Shown here in pieces: positions 9,420-19,348 of a DNA stretch of 64,000 nt (positions within the stretch are counted from its first letter, which is position 1; every line of letters starts with the position of its first letter). The stretch is taken from contig CAZLRK010000001.1 in NCBI GenBank assembly GCA_964561845.1, positions 14,119-78,118 on the forward strand, written 5' to 3'. The stretch comes from an uncultured Desulfobacterales bacterium. GTDB lineage: Bacteria > Desulfobacterota > Desulfobacteria > Desulfobacterales > JAUVVS01. Position numbers and translations under genes: made by a program. Under the pieces are notes generated by a model. It made no database searches, was not told the DNA's origin, and saw only the letters and a program-made list of their open reading frames with translations.

Positions 9420-10802
9420 TTATAACAAAGAAAAATCGAGTCCGAGTTCCGTTAATTCCATTTTTATTTTTCTATAAAGTTCCAAATATTCACTTGTTGG
9501 TGTGACTCTCTCGATGTCATAAATCTCTTTGAATTTTTTTCCCAGTGGCGCATTGGGAATATCTTTTTCATATTTGGCCAAAATCTTTTTTATTATCTTA
9601 TTGGCCTCTTTGCGTGTCATGCCCATCCGGGCAACAATATGTCCGACTTCTGATCCAGTCTGAATTTCAAGATGTGAGATTCTTTCAGGATATTTATCTC
9701 TGGCGATTCCGGCTGAAACAAGGTTTCCACCTGATACTGTTGATGTCATCGCATGAGCTGCCAGCTCATAAAAGAGCATCTCCGTGCAGGGGCCGGCGGA
9801 AGCCATTGCAACCGATTGGTTGATGAGATGAGTATTTCTGGCAATTGCCTGGCAATACACACTGACGAGCCAGAGCATTTCCGAGCTCGTATTGCATACC
9901 TGGTGAATATCAATGGGAAAGGAAATATGGTAGTTGGCTCTGAAAGCGAGGAGTCCTAAGAAAAAGTGTGCAATCAGAACAATCAGGGTTCCTTCGGGTC
10001 CCCCGGCATATCCACCCATTAGTGGTCCATAGAGACCCGCAATGCCTGAACCGCTTTCAAGCTGAAAGGGTATCTTTCTCAGTCTTGCATAATCAATCTT
10101 TAATTCAGCAATTACTCCGTTTTGCGTTATATCATTTTTTAAAGCTCCAAATTGTTCACGTGCAGCGGCCAGAATGGCATCGGTACTCTCTGCGCATGAT
10201 GTCAGTGCATACAGGCCAAGACCGGGTTTTCCGACTAGTCTCGCGGCTTCACGCCTTTTCGATACATCCCAGATTGCCGCCGCTACTTCAATAGGGTGGC
10301 CTGATCTGATAGGAATTCCTCTAAATGTGTTTTGCAGGGAGACACCGCAAAAGGCATCTGCCAGAGGAACACCGGCTATTGCCCTGGTAACCGGCAAAAA
10401 TTGATCTTCCGGTACAGGAACTCCAAGACCCGATGCAACAAAAGAAGGATCCCTGGAATCCTCAACCTTCCTGGCCTCGGTGATCCTTTGATCCCTTCCG
10501 TCACCCCAAACATAGGAAGATGGGGCATTACTTAACGCGTCTTCAATCTCATCTCTGGTAAAACGGGCTATCCGCATGGTGTCTAGATTGTAAAAACCGA
10601 CCTGCTTGAACAATTCAAGAGCGGCTTCATAGGTTCTGTCTGCAAGGGCGTCATCGCTTGAAACGATTTCATTTTGATCAAAACGGATGTCATATTTTTT
10701 TATAAGATCAGACACATGCGTATATAGAAACATATCATAATCTGTCTCTTCCATACGTTCACCCTTGTCACTTCTTTCCATAACTTCCCAAAAATCGATC
10801 AT
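9420..10802 (-). CDS. MtmB-family (monomethylamine methyltransferase-like) protein, non-pyrrolysine homolog
   Basis: 460 aa. Segments AGPCTEM and the C-terminal FKEIYDIERVTPTSEYLELYRKIKMELTELGLDF closely recall archaeal MtmB. The ORF has no in-frame stop. Corrinoid-protein genes flank it. Confidence 0.65.
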   Translation of the reverse strand: MIDFWEVMERSDKGERMEETDYDMFLYTHVSDLIKKYDIRFDQNEIVSSDDALADRTYEAALELFKQVGFYNLDTMRIARFTRDEIEDALSNAPSSYVWGDGRDQRITEARKVEDSRDPSFVASGLGVPVPEDQFLPVTRAIAGVPLADAFCGVSLQNTFRGIPIRSGHPIEVAAAIWDVSKRREAARLVGKPGLGLYALTSCAESTDAILAAAREQFGALKNDITQNGVIAELKIDYARLRKIPFQLESGSGIAGLYGPLMGGYAGGPEGTLIVLIAHFFLGLLAFRANYHISFPIDIHQVCNTSSEMLWLVSVYCQAIARNTHLINQSVAMASAGPCTEMLFYELAAHAMTSTVSGGNLVSAGIARDKYPERISHLEIQTGSEVGHIVARMGMTRKEANKIIKKILAKYEKDIPNAPLGKKFKEIYDIERVTPTSEYLELYRKIKMELTELGLDFSLL

Positions 10803-10827
10803 GAGAAAATCCCTCCATACTCAAAGA

Positions 10828-11472
10828 TTATTTATTCATTATTCCTTTTGCTACTTGTACAGCCTCCACTGCATCTTTTGCATAGCCGTCGGATCCGATT
10901 TCATTTGCCCATTTTTCTGTCACCGGGGCGCCCCCTACAATGACCTTAAAATCATCTCTGATATCCATTTCGGACAACTCTTCAATCACTACCTGCATAA
11001 AGGTCATTGTCGTAGTCATAAGGGCGGAAAGTCCAATGATATCTGCATTTTTGTCCCTTGCCTCACTGATTATCCTATCTACTTTGACATCTTTTCCAAG
11101 GTCGATGATTTCAAAGCCGGAGGTTGACATGATCAATTTCAGAATATTTTTGCCTATATCGTGCATGTCACCCTGAACGGTTGCAAGTACAACTTTTCCC
11201 TTGTCTTGAACCTTCCCAAGATTTTTTGACGCAATGACAGGGTTGAGAATATCAACGCCTGCATTCATAGCTTTTGCAGCCAACATCATCTCAGGAAGAT
11301 AGAATTTGCCTGATTCGAAGTTCTGCCCGACAACCTCCATCCCCTTTGCAAATCCTTTTTGAATGGCCTCTAAAGGATCGATGTCCTCACGAATAGCCTG
11401 ATTGGCTAAATCGATACAGGCCGCCGTATCACGCTTTATGACCGCATTTGCCATTTCTTCCAAAATACTCAT
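10828..11472 (-). CDS. methyltransferase cognate corrinoid protein (B12-binding), second copy
   Basis: 214 aa with DxHxxG motif GDMHDIGKNIL and the same architecture as 6571..7233. It is the first gene of the minus-strand operon. Confidence 0.85.
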   Translation of the reverse strand: MSILEEMANAVIKRDTAACIDLANQAIREDIDPLEAIQKGFAKGMEVVGQNFESGKFYLPEMMLAAKAMNAGVDILNPVIASKNLGKVQDKGKVVLATVQGDMHDIGKNILKLIMSTSGFEIIDLGKDVKVDRIISEARDKNADIIGLSALMTTTMTFMQVVIEELSEMDIRDDFKVIVGGAPVTEKWANEIGSDGYAKDAVEAVQVAKGIMNK

Positions 11473-11830
11473 AGTTTATACCTCCGTTAATATTTCCGAT
11501 AGAGAAAGAATTTCATAAAATAACTTATACAGTCAGTAATAAATATTCAATATATTATATTAAATCCTATATATAAAACATTTATGAAATATATTAATAG
11601 TTGTCAAGCTTGATAATAGCTGACAACATCCAATTTATAATATATATTGGAATTATAGTCTAATTTACTATTAAAAATATAGAATATCTTTAAAAAGCTA
11701 CTAATTTTAAATATTATGGTTAAATATGAGTAGATTATTTCCATTATATCGAACTACATCTGCTCCAAAATTTTAACTTTTTGAAAATAAGCCGCTCCAA
11801 AGATCAATGAACAGGCAGGGAGTGTTTCTC

Positions 11831-11895
11831 TTAAGACACACTTGGCACGGGGGGGATTTTGGATTTGGTTCTAACTGACTGCTAACTTCTTAAAA
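11831..11895. repeat. family-C intergenic repeat module
   Basis: TTAAGACACACTTGGCACGGGGGGGATTTTGGATTTGGTTCTAACTGACTGCTAACTTC is the near reverse complement of 44696-44760. Confidence 0.6.
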
Positions 11896-11988
11896 TCTTA
11901 GAATATCGAATGTCGAACAAGGAACCGCAATTTAATCTATTTGTTTTCTTAAAAAAAGTGTTGCCATGTGCTATATGATTTTATACTA

Positions 11989-12004
11989 TTTTCGATATCG
12001 AAAA
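11989..12004. promoter_or_regulatory. perfect 16-bp palindrome TTTTCGATATCGAAAA, candidate operator upstream of the pyrE-like gene
   Basis: Perfect dyad 29 nt upstream of the 12033 start, just downstream of TTGCCA ... TATACT promoter-like hexamers. Confidence 0.3.
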
Positions 12005-12032
12005 CACTTAAGAAGTGAGAGGAGCATGAGCA

Positions 12033-12701
12033 ATGCCTTACAATCAGTATGACGAGATAAGAAACCTCATCTGGCAAGAAGAGAAAAAGTATCTTATGAA
12101 AAAGGTTGCTTTTGATCTGGTTCTAAATGATGCGCTCAAAATCGGCGATTATATCCTTTACTCCGGGAAGAAAAGTCCCTATTACGTGGATCTTCGACAA
12201 TCCATCTCAGATCCCATAACAATGGATTTGATAGCCAATTCTTTGGCTCGCATCATCGACAATGAAATCGGAAGAAACAAATTCGATAAAATTATGGGAG
12301 TTCCTACAGCCGGTGTCCCTTTCACAACCATTGTGTGTCAGAAGTTGGCCATACCTATGCTTTACTATCGCAAGGAAAGAAAGGAACACGGTGTTCGGAA
12401 AAAGATCGAAGGTAAGATGGAAATAAACGACCGCATCCTCATGATAGATGATCTCATCACCACCGGCAAGAGTGTTATTCAAGCTGCAGAAGCTGCCCGG
12501 GAACAGGGAGGGCTGGTTACCGAGCTGGTGGTGCTTTTGAACAGAGAGCAAGGGGGACGAGAGTTTATCTTATCCAACAATATCCGCCCACATGTTCTTT
12601 TTAATATTTCCGATGCCTTTGAGTGGCTACGTGAAGTCAATTTGCTAAATGAAGATGATTACAAAGTGATTATGGATTATATTAATGAAGAAAGAAGTTA
12701 G
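12033..12701 (+). CDS. pyrE: orotate phosphoribosyltransferase-like protein
   Basis: PRTase PRPP-binding motif ILMIDDLITTGKS, plus YSGKKSPYYVDLR and GVPTAGVPF, typical of type I OPRTases. RBS GAGAGGAG. An N-terminal extension of about 20 aa is possible. Confidence 0.65.
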   Translation: MPYNQYDEIRNLIWQEEKKYLMKKVAFDLVLNDALKIGDYILYSGKKSPYYVDLRQSISDPITMDLIANSLARIIDNEIGRNKFDKIMGVPTAGVPFTTIVCQKLAIPMLYYRKERKEHGVRKKIEGKMEINDRILMIDDLITTGKSVIQAAEAAREQGGLVTELVVLLNREQGGREFILSNNIRPHVLFNISDAFEWLREVNLLNEDDYKVIMDYINEERS

Positions 12702-12709
12702 TATAAATT

Positions 12710-14059
12710 CTATTTTAGCTTCTTCAGAATTCTGGTTTGTAAGAATTTTCCTTTTCCACTGATACCTTTTAGTTTCATATCCTCTACGATTATATCTCCC
12801 CGATGCATGACCAAAGTGGGGGCTCCAAGACACTCCAAGCCCTCATAAAGCGTATAACCTGCATTTGAATGCTGTGTATTTTGCGATATTGTATGCCTTA
12901 TGGCAGGATCGAATATCACGAGATCTGCATCGGATCCAGTCTGCAGAACGCCTTTTTGAGGATAGAGACCGAATATTTTTGCAGGCGTTTCACTCAACGC
13001 TCTGATGAGGGTGCAAAGATCAACCCGACCTTCATTAACGCCTTTTTGATAAGCGACGGCCAACATGGTTTCAGTCGACGGGGAGCCAAAAGGAGCATCG
13101 AAGAAATCGTCGTCTATCTTCTTGGCCTTCGGCGCATGGTCACTGGCAATCACATCTATGAGCCCTGTTTTAAGACCCTCCCATAGGGCCTGGTTGTCTT
13201 GAGGTGTCCGCAGCGGGGGGCCTATTTTTGCCAGCGGCCCTTTCTCCTGTAAGTTTTTATCCGTCAGGACGAGATATTGGGGGCAGGTCTCCGTATATAC
13301 GGTCTGGCCCTTATCCCTAGCCCATCGAATGGGCTCAAGCGCGCGACTCGCACTAATATGGACGATGTAAAGTGCACAGTTCATGGTCTCGGCAATGGAA
13401 ATCGCCCGAAAGATGGCATCGGTTTCGAGCGCTGCCGGTCGCATTTTTAAAAAAACATCTCTCTGGGGTTGATTGCGGTATTTATCTTCAAGATAATCAA
13501 TTGAAAGGCCGTCTTCTCCATGCACCATGGCCAGCCCATCCAACTCGGAAATGATATCCATCGCCTTGGACAAATAGTAGTCGTCGGTCATCCAGCCCAG
13601 TTTGGCATATGTCATGAACATTTTAAAAGAGGTCACACCCATGTCAAAGCATTTCGGGATATCCTGGATTTGATTCTGTGCATCGAACATGGCCCCATGG
13701 ATAGCGAAATCCGTGTAGGAGGTGGCTTTACCTTCATCGATGAATTGTCTGACTGTCTCCGCTAGTTCCATACCGGGCCTGGCATATGCATAGTGGATCA
13801 TCGTGGTGATACCACCGAAGGCCCCCAAGGCGGAGCAGTCTTGTATAGTATCGACATAGACGGGATGTGTGTGGACGTCGAGCAGGCCCGGAATAATGTA
13901 TTTTCCACTACCGTCGATGACCGCCCGGGCTTCATTTTCCGGCAGATCAGGGGCCATTTTGGCAATTCTGCCGTCTCTAATCGCAATGTCGGTTTTGCAG
14001 ATATTTTGCGGACCGACAATCAGCCCGCTTTTTATGAGTTGATCAAACCTGTTTTCCAT
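12710..14059 (-). CDS. cyclic amidohydrolase, D-hydantoinase/dihydropyrimidinase family
   Basis: 449 aa. Metal-binding DVHTHP, carboxylated-lysine context VTSFKMFMTY, VHGEDG, YIVHIS, ETCPQYL and IASDHAP match hydantoinase/dihydropyrimidinase better than type I dihydroorotase. Confidence 0.75.
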   Translation of the reverse strand: MENRFDQLIKSGLIVGPQNICKTDIAIRDGRIAKMAPDLPENEARAVIDGSGKYIIPGLLDVHTHPVYVDTIQDCSALGAFGGITTMIHYAYARPGMELAETVRQFIDEGKATSYTDFAIHGAMFDAQNQIQDIPKCFDMGVTSFKMFMTYAKLGWMTDDYYLSKAMDIISELDGLAMVHGEDGLSIDYLEDKYRNQPQRDVFLKMRPAALETDAIFRAISIAETMNCALYIVHISASRALEPIRWARDKGQTVYTETCPQYLVLTDKNLQEKGPLAKIGPPLRTPQDNQALWEGLKTGLIDVIASDHAPKAKKIDDDFFDAPFGSPSTETMLAVAYQKGVNEGRVDLCTLIRALSETPAKIFGLYPQKGVLQTGSDADLVIFDPAIRHTISQNTQHSNAGYTLYEGLECLGAPTLVMHRGDIIVEDMKLKGISGKGKFLQTRILKKLK

Positions 14060-14248
14060 TTTTATAACTCCATTTCAATTTCAGAAAATATTACCAACAA
14101 CGGCCCAGGAGGCTATCAGAGAATAGCAATTTTTTCTCAAATCAAGGCATTTTTTAAAAAATAAGCACAGTCATATATTTGATATTACGAGCATTATTTT
14201 TTCAAAATAACGCTGAGTTGGGGAAAAAGGGCATTCTCAGACAGCCTC

Positions 14249-15346
14249 CTACGGTACAATTGTCGTTCCTGCATTACCCGCCAGGGTTTCACGAAATAAC
14301 TCAACCGTCGTAATATAGGCTTTATTACCGCCACCGAGGACAAAATTAACAGCCGCTTGAACTTTAGGTTTCATACTCCCTGCGGGGAAGTGTCCCTTGT
14401 CGCATAATTGCTGGGCTTCATTTGCTGTTAATAATCTCAAATCCTTTTGGTTCGGCTCTCCGAAATTGAGCTTAGCTCCGTCAACATTTGTAAATATGGT
14501 AAACTCGGCTTCAAGATCTTCTTTGCGTTCGGCTGCTCGACGAATAAGCATTTCCCCCAACAGGCTCGAAGCCAAATCTTTATCAATAACGGCATCTACG
14601 CCGGAGTACACAGCGGCTGAGGTTTCGCTTTGATGCGGACGTCTGAAAACAATCTCATGCCGGCACTCATAAATCTCCTCTCCATCAGCTATTCCAGGTT
14701 TTACAGGGACAACCGGAATACCACCGCCGCCAACGGCTATGGAAATAAATCCGGCTTTGAGATTGGCTTCAACAACCTCGATTTCTACAATGTCAATAGG
14801 TTTGGGTGATCCGACCACTCTTCGCCAGATCTCCTCACCTTGATCATTTTTTTTATATAACTTGAATAATTGTAGCTCTCTTTCTTTTTCAGAAACTTCT
14901 TCATGCGTAAAAGAGGGGCCTATGAATTTAGTAGGGTCTTTAAAATCCGGATCATCAGGATCAACTACAACTTGAGTAACGATGGTTGCAAGGCCTTTGT
15001 TGATACCTCGCACTCTGAGGGCATTTGCGACATGGGCCATCATGAACCCCATCGCACCTTGGGTATCTGCAACAATAGTATCAAGCGGTATGGGGGGCAT
15101 GATCGGAAGAGAATACTCGGACCGAAGTAAAATATTCCCCACTTGTGGCCCATTACCATGGGTTAGAATATAATAGTCGTCTGGATTTTTCTGTATAATC
15201 TCTGAAAGTAGATCGCACGTTTTAGCAGCGCGCCGCCACTGTGCCGGAATATCCGGATTGATTGTTTTGCCAGTCTCCGGATCGACTATATCTGTGGGAG
15301 CGACCTCATTTCCGCCCAGAGCAAAGATTCTTAAACATTTTCTCAT
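14249..15346 (-). CDS. carbamate kinase-like protein (amino-acid kinase fold)
   Basis: 365 aa. Motifs FALGGNE, HGNGPQVGN, GGGGIPV and AVIDKDLAS are present. It is longer than the carbamate kinases I recall, with an extra segment between GGGGIPV and VIDKD. Confidence 0.7.
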   Translation of the reverse strand: MRKCLRIFALGGNEVAPTDIVDPETGKTINPDIPAQWRRAAKTCDLLSEIIQKNPDDYYILTHGNGPQVGNILLRSEYSLPIMPPIPLDTIVADTQGAMGFMMAHVANALRVRGINKGLATIVTQVVVDPDDPDFKDPTKFIGPSFTHEEVSEKERELQLFKLYKKNDQGEEIWRRVVGSPKPIDIVEIEVVEANLKAGFISIAVGGGGIPVVPVKPGIADGEEIYECRHEIVFRRPHQSETSAAVYSGVDAVIDKDLASSLLGEMLIRRAAERKEDLEAEFTIFTNVDGAKLNFGEPNQKDLRLLTANEAQQLCDKGHFPAGSMKPKVQAAVNFVLGGGNKAYITTVELFRETLAGNAGTTIVP

Positions 15347-15369
15347 CTTTTGTCTTCCCTATAATGATA

Positions 15370-16332
<963 letters not shown>

Positions 16333-16347
16333 TTATTTTAACAACTT

Positions 16348-18663
16348 TCAAATTACTTTCCGGGCCTTAAGTATCTTCTCCGGTGTCAGGGGGAGATCAA
16401 AAATTCTGGCCCCGATGGCATCGCATACTGCATTGGCTATAGCCGGTGCAGGAGAAGTGCATGCCGGCTCTCCTATCCCTTTTGCGCCAAACGGCCCTAC
16501 GCCGTCGCCTGACTCAACCAGAATAGTCTCAACATCCGGGGAGTCAACGGATGTAGGAATAATAAATTCAGCAAAAGAGGGAGTAAGTGTAATTCCTTTG
16601 TTTAAAATTATTTCTTCGGTCAGACCGTATCCCATACCATAAATAGCGCCTCCTTCGATTTGTCCCTCAACGCTGTTTAGATTGATAGCCTGCCCAACAT
16701 CAAAACATGCAATCAGTTTGAGAACCTTAACTTTGCCGGTTTCCACATCAACCGATACCTCCGCTGCATGAGTTCCAAAGGTAAAATCCGAAAAGACTTG
16801 ACCCTGGCCGGTTTTAAAATCAATTAGCTCTCTGAAAGGGCCGTTAAACTGGGCCAAACTATAAACGGGGATACCGTCAGAAGCGCAGGCCTTCACAACA
16901 TCACCCAGGGGAAGGGACACGATTGGATTGCCCTTGACTTGGATTTTGTTGTCCATGAGTTCAATATCCTCTTTACTCGATTTAAGCAATTCTTCGGCCT
17001 TTGATAGAAGGGTTTCCTTTAATTCAGTTGCAGCTTTTAATGTAGCGTTACCTGACATGTATAGTTGACGGGTAGCAGTTGTCGTACCTGCAATAGGTGT
17101 TAATGCCGTGTCGCCGAAATAAACGGTGACATTTTCCATGGAAACACCCAAAACCTCCGCCGCGATGGAAGCCAGTGAAGATGCCTGTCCTCCGCCGATA
17201 TCCTGAACTCCGCATCTTACTACAATACTACCGTCCATCTCTGCGCTTACATAAGAGCGGGAGGTGTCGTGAAGAAAAACCATCCGGCCGTAACTTTGCA
17301 TCCCGGAAGCGATTCCTCTGCCTATCTTTTCTGTAGGAGATCCCGGTTTAGAAGATTTTCCAAGGGCTGCCAGAGCCTTTTCAGCGGTCTGCTCGGTTTC
17401 AACACCGTGCTCCAGGATTCTTCCCGTGGCTAATTTGTCTCCTTTTCTCAAATAATTTTTTTTGCGGATTTCAATGGGCGTCATATTGAGCTTTCGAGCC
17501 ATTTCGTCCATTTGGCATTCATATGCAAAACAGACCTGAGGTGCTCCGAATCCTCTGTTGGCGCTGCAAAATGTGTTGTTGGTTAACACGGTGTAAGAGT
17601 CGACTTTAACATGCGTAATGTCATAGGGTCCGGTTGCCATTACGGTTGAATAGAGCAGCACCCAGGGACTTAGATAGATATGCCCTCCGGAGTCAGAAAT
17701 CAGCTCTATTTCATTGGCTACAAGTTTGCCGTCTTTAGTGGCACCGGTTTTGTATTTCATAATATAAGGATGGCGCTTGCTGGTTACAATTATCGATTCT
17801 TCACGGGTATAGGTCATTTTAACAGGCTTACTGGTTTTTTGGGTTAACAGGGCGAGGTAGGTCTCAACTGTAATATCCTCCTTACTTCCAAATCCACCTC
17901 CCACCATGGGAGCGATAACCCTGACCTGGTTATGAGGAACCCCAAGAACATCGGCAATACCTCTGAAATGTTCGATTACCTGTGTGCATACCCGTATTGT
18001 GATAACTCCGTCTTCATCTATCCAGGCTAAACCTGATTCCGGCTCCAGAAAAGCATGCTCCACAAACGGCACGTGATATGTATTCTCAATTATGACATCT
18101 GAATCGGCAAACCCTTTTTCAACATCCCCTTTTCGTACTTTATAACTGCAGATGATATTGCTTTGTTCTTCACCAACCTGGTAGGCGTCGGGTTTCATGG
18201 CTTCGATAGGATCAAACACACCAGGAAGGGGGTCATATTCCACTTGAATCAGTTTTATGGCTTCTTCGGCAATTGCCTCTGTTTTCGCTGCTACCAGGGC
18301 AACGCCTTCTCCCATGTATCTAACCTTTTTATCTGCTAAAACACGGTAGAGCCCTTCAAACCCGCCGACTTTATGGGTTTGTCCAAAACGGGTTACCGTT
18401 TCGTTGTTAGGTACATCTTTGGCAGTCAATACAGCTTCAACTCCCGGAAGCTTTTCTGCTTTTGTGGTGTCTATGGATAGAATATTTGCCGCAGGATATT
18501 TGGTCCTTAAAACTTTTCCATAAAGCATTCCCGGAGTTTCAAAATCTTCGGCATATTTTGTTTTTCCTAGCACCTTATCCCAGGCATCATGTCGAGGTAT
18601 ACGTTTACCAATGACCCGGTAATCGGCTTTTTCGGATGTTTCGGTTTTGACTTTATTAAGCAT
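16348..18663 (-). CDS. xanthine dehydrogenase/aldehyde oxidase-family molybdopterin-binding large subunit (set 1)
   Basis: 771 aa with an N-terminal a/b-hammerhead region and MoCo-binding domains (GGGFGSKED, GIGEP near the C-terminus). Confidence 0.85.
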   Translation of the reverse strand: MLNKVKTETSEKADYRVIGKRIPRHDAWDKVLGKTKYAEDFETPGMLYGKVLRTKYPAANILSIDTTKAEKLPGVEAVLTAKDVPNNETVTRFGQTHKVGGFEGLYRVLADKKVRYMGEGVALVAAKTEAIAEEAIKLIQVEYDPLPGVFDPIEAMKPDAYQVGEEQSNIICSYKVRKGDVEKGFADSDVIIENTYHVPFVEHAFLEPESGLAWIDEDGVITIRVCTQVIEHFRGIADVLGVPHNQVRVIAPMVGGGFGSKEDITVETYLALLTQKTSKPVKMTYTREESIIVTSKRHPYIMKYKTGATKDGKLVANEIELISDSGGHIYLSPWVLLYSTVMATGPYDITHVKVDSYTVLTNNTFCSANRGFGAPQVCFAYECQMDEMARKLNMTPIEIRKKNYLRKGDKLATGRILEHGVETEQTAEKALAALGKSSKPGSPTEKIGRGIASGMQSYGRMVFLHDTSRSYVSAEMDGSIVVRCGVQDIGGGQASSLASIAAEVLGVSMENVTVYFGDTALTPIAGTTTATRQLYMSGNATLKAATELKETLLSKAEELLKSSKEDIELMDNKIQVKGNPIVSLPLGDVVKACASDGIPVYSLAQFNGPFRELIDFKTGQGQVFSDFTFGTHAAEVSVDVETGKVKVLKLIACFDVGQAINLNSVEGQIEGGAIYGMGYGLTEEIILNKGITLTPSFAEFIIPTSVDSPDVETILVESGDGVGPFGAKGIGEPACTSPAPAIANAVCDAIGARIFDLPLTPEKILKARKVI

Positions 18664-18718
18664 AGTTGATTTCCTTTATATTACAGCCTAATTGAGCGAA
18701 AATAATGCTCACTTAGGC

Positions 18719-18844
18719 GTTAATTGTTATTTGTTATTCGTTATTAGAATTTGATCGTCTCATTTTATAAATCTATGGTTGGTGAAATATAAAAACAGAT
18801 ATAATTCCTTTTAAACCATTAACCAATAACAAATAACGAATAAC
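18719..18844. repeat. paired low-complexity heptamer-periodic arms (GTTATTN units vs NAATAAC units) around an AT-rich spacer
   Basis: Left arm GTTAATTGTTATTTGTTATTCGTTATTAG and right arm CATTAACCAATAACAAATAACGAATAAC. It lies inside the operon, between the 2Fe-2S and Mo-subunit genes of set 1. Confidence 0.55.
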
Positions 18845-18880
18845 TCCCAATTGGTTTTTACTCGCTTGGGGTTACAGCCA

Positions 18881-19348
18881 TTATTTTTTTAAAGCTATCT
18901 CTTCAATGGCATCAATAATTTTAACATATCCGGTGCAGCGGCAAAGATTTCCGGAGATAGCTTCTTTTATCTCTTCCCTTTCGGGTTTTGGGTTTTTATC
19001 AAGTAAAGTCTTAGCAGATAAAACCATGCCTGGTGTGCAGAAACCACATTGAATAGCTCCGGACTCAACAAAGCTCTTTTGAAGCGGATGAGGTTTTTCT
19101 TCGGTTCCAATCCCCTTAATCGTGATTATTTCCTTACCATCGGCTTGAACAGCAAGTGTTAAACATGAATTTACAGCTTTTCCATCCATTATAACAGTGC
19201 ATACGCCACAGTCGCCCTGGTCGCAACCGTTTTTAACTTCAATTGCTTTTAAATTATTTCGTAATGTTTCAAGAAGTGTTTCCCGGGCGGTTACATCCAC
19301 CTTTTGCCGTTCACCATTAACGCTGATTTCGATTTGATACTTTTTCAT
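18881..19348 (-). CDS. (2Fe-2S)-binding small subunit of the XDH-family enzyme (set 1)
   Basis: 155 aa with cysteine motifs CDQGDCGVCTV and CGFCTPG...CRCTGY. It overlaps the upstream FAD-subunit gene by 4 nt. Confidence 0.9.
   Translation of the reverse strand: MKKYQIEISVNGERQKVDVTARETLLETLRNNLKAIEVKNGCDQGDCGVCTVIMDGKAVNSCLTLAVQADGKEIITIKGIGTEEKPHPLQKSFVESGAIQCGFCTPGMVLSAKTLLDKNPKPEREEIKEAISGNLCRCTGYVKIIDAIEEIALKK

Noticed and set aside
7291-10802. Possible pyrrolysine (in-frame TAG) or selenocysteine (TGA) recoding in the MttB- and MtmB-family genes
   Set aside because: Both ORFs are full family length and uninterrupted, and no split ORF pair or in-frame stop is present. They are non-Pyl homologs. 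The same check on the XDH-family large subunits found no interrupted frames.
11843-11862. TGGCAC motif suggestive of a sigma-54 promoter
   Set aside because: The required TTGC element at the proper spacing is absent. The sequence is part of a repeat module whose other copy reads TTAACAC.
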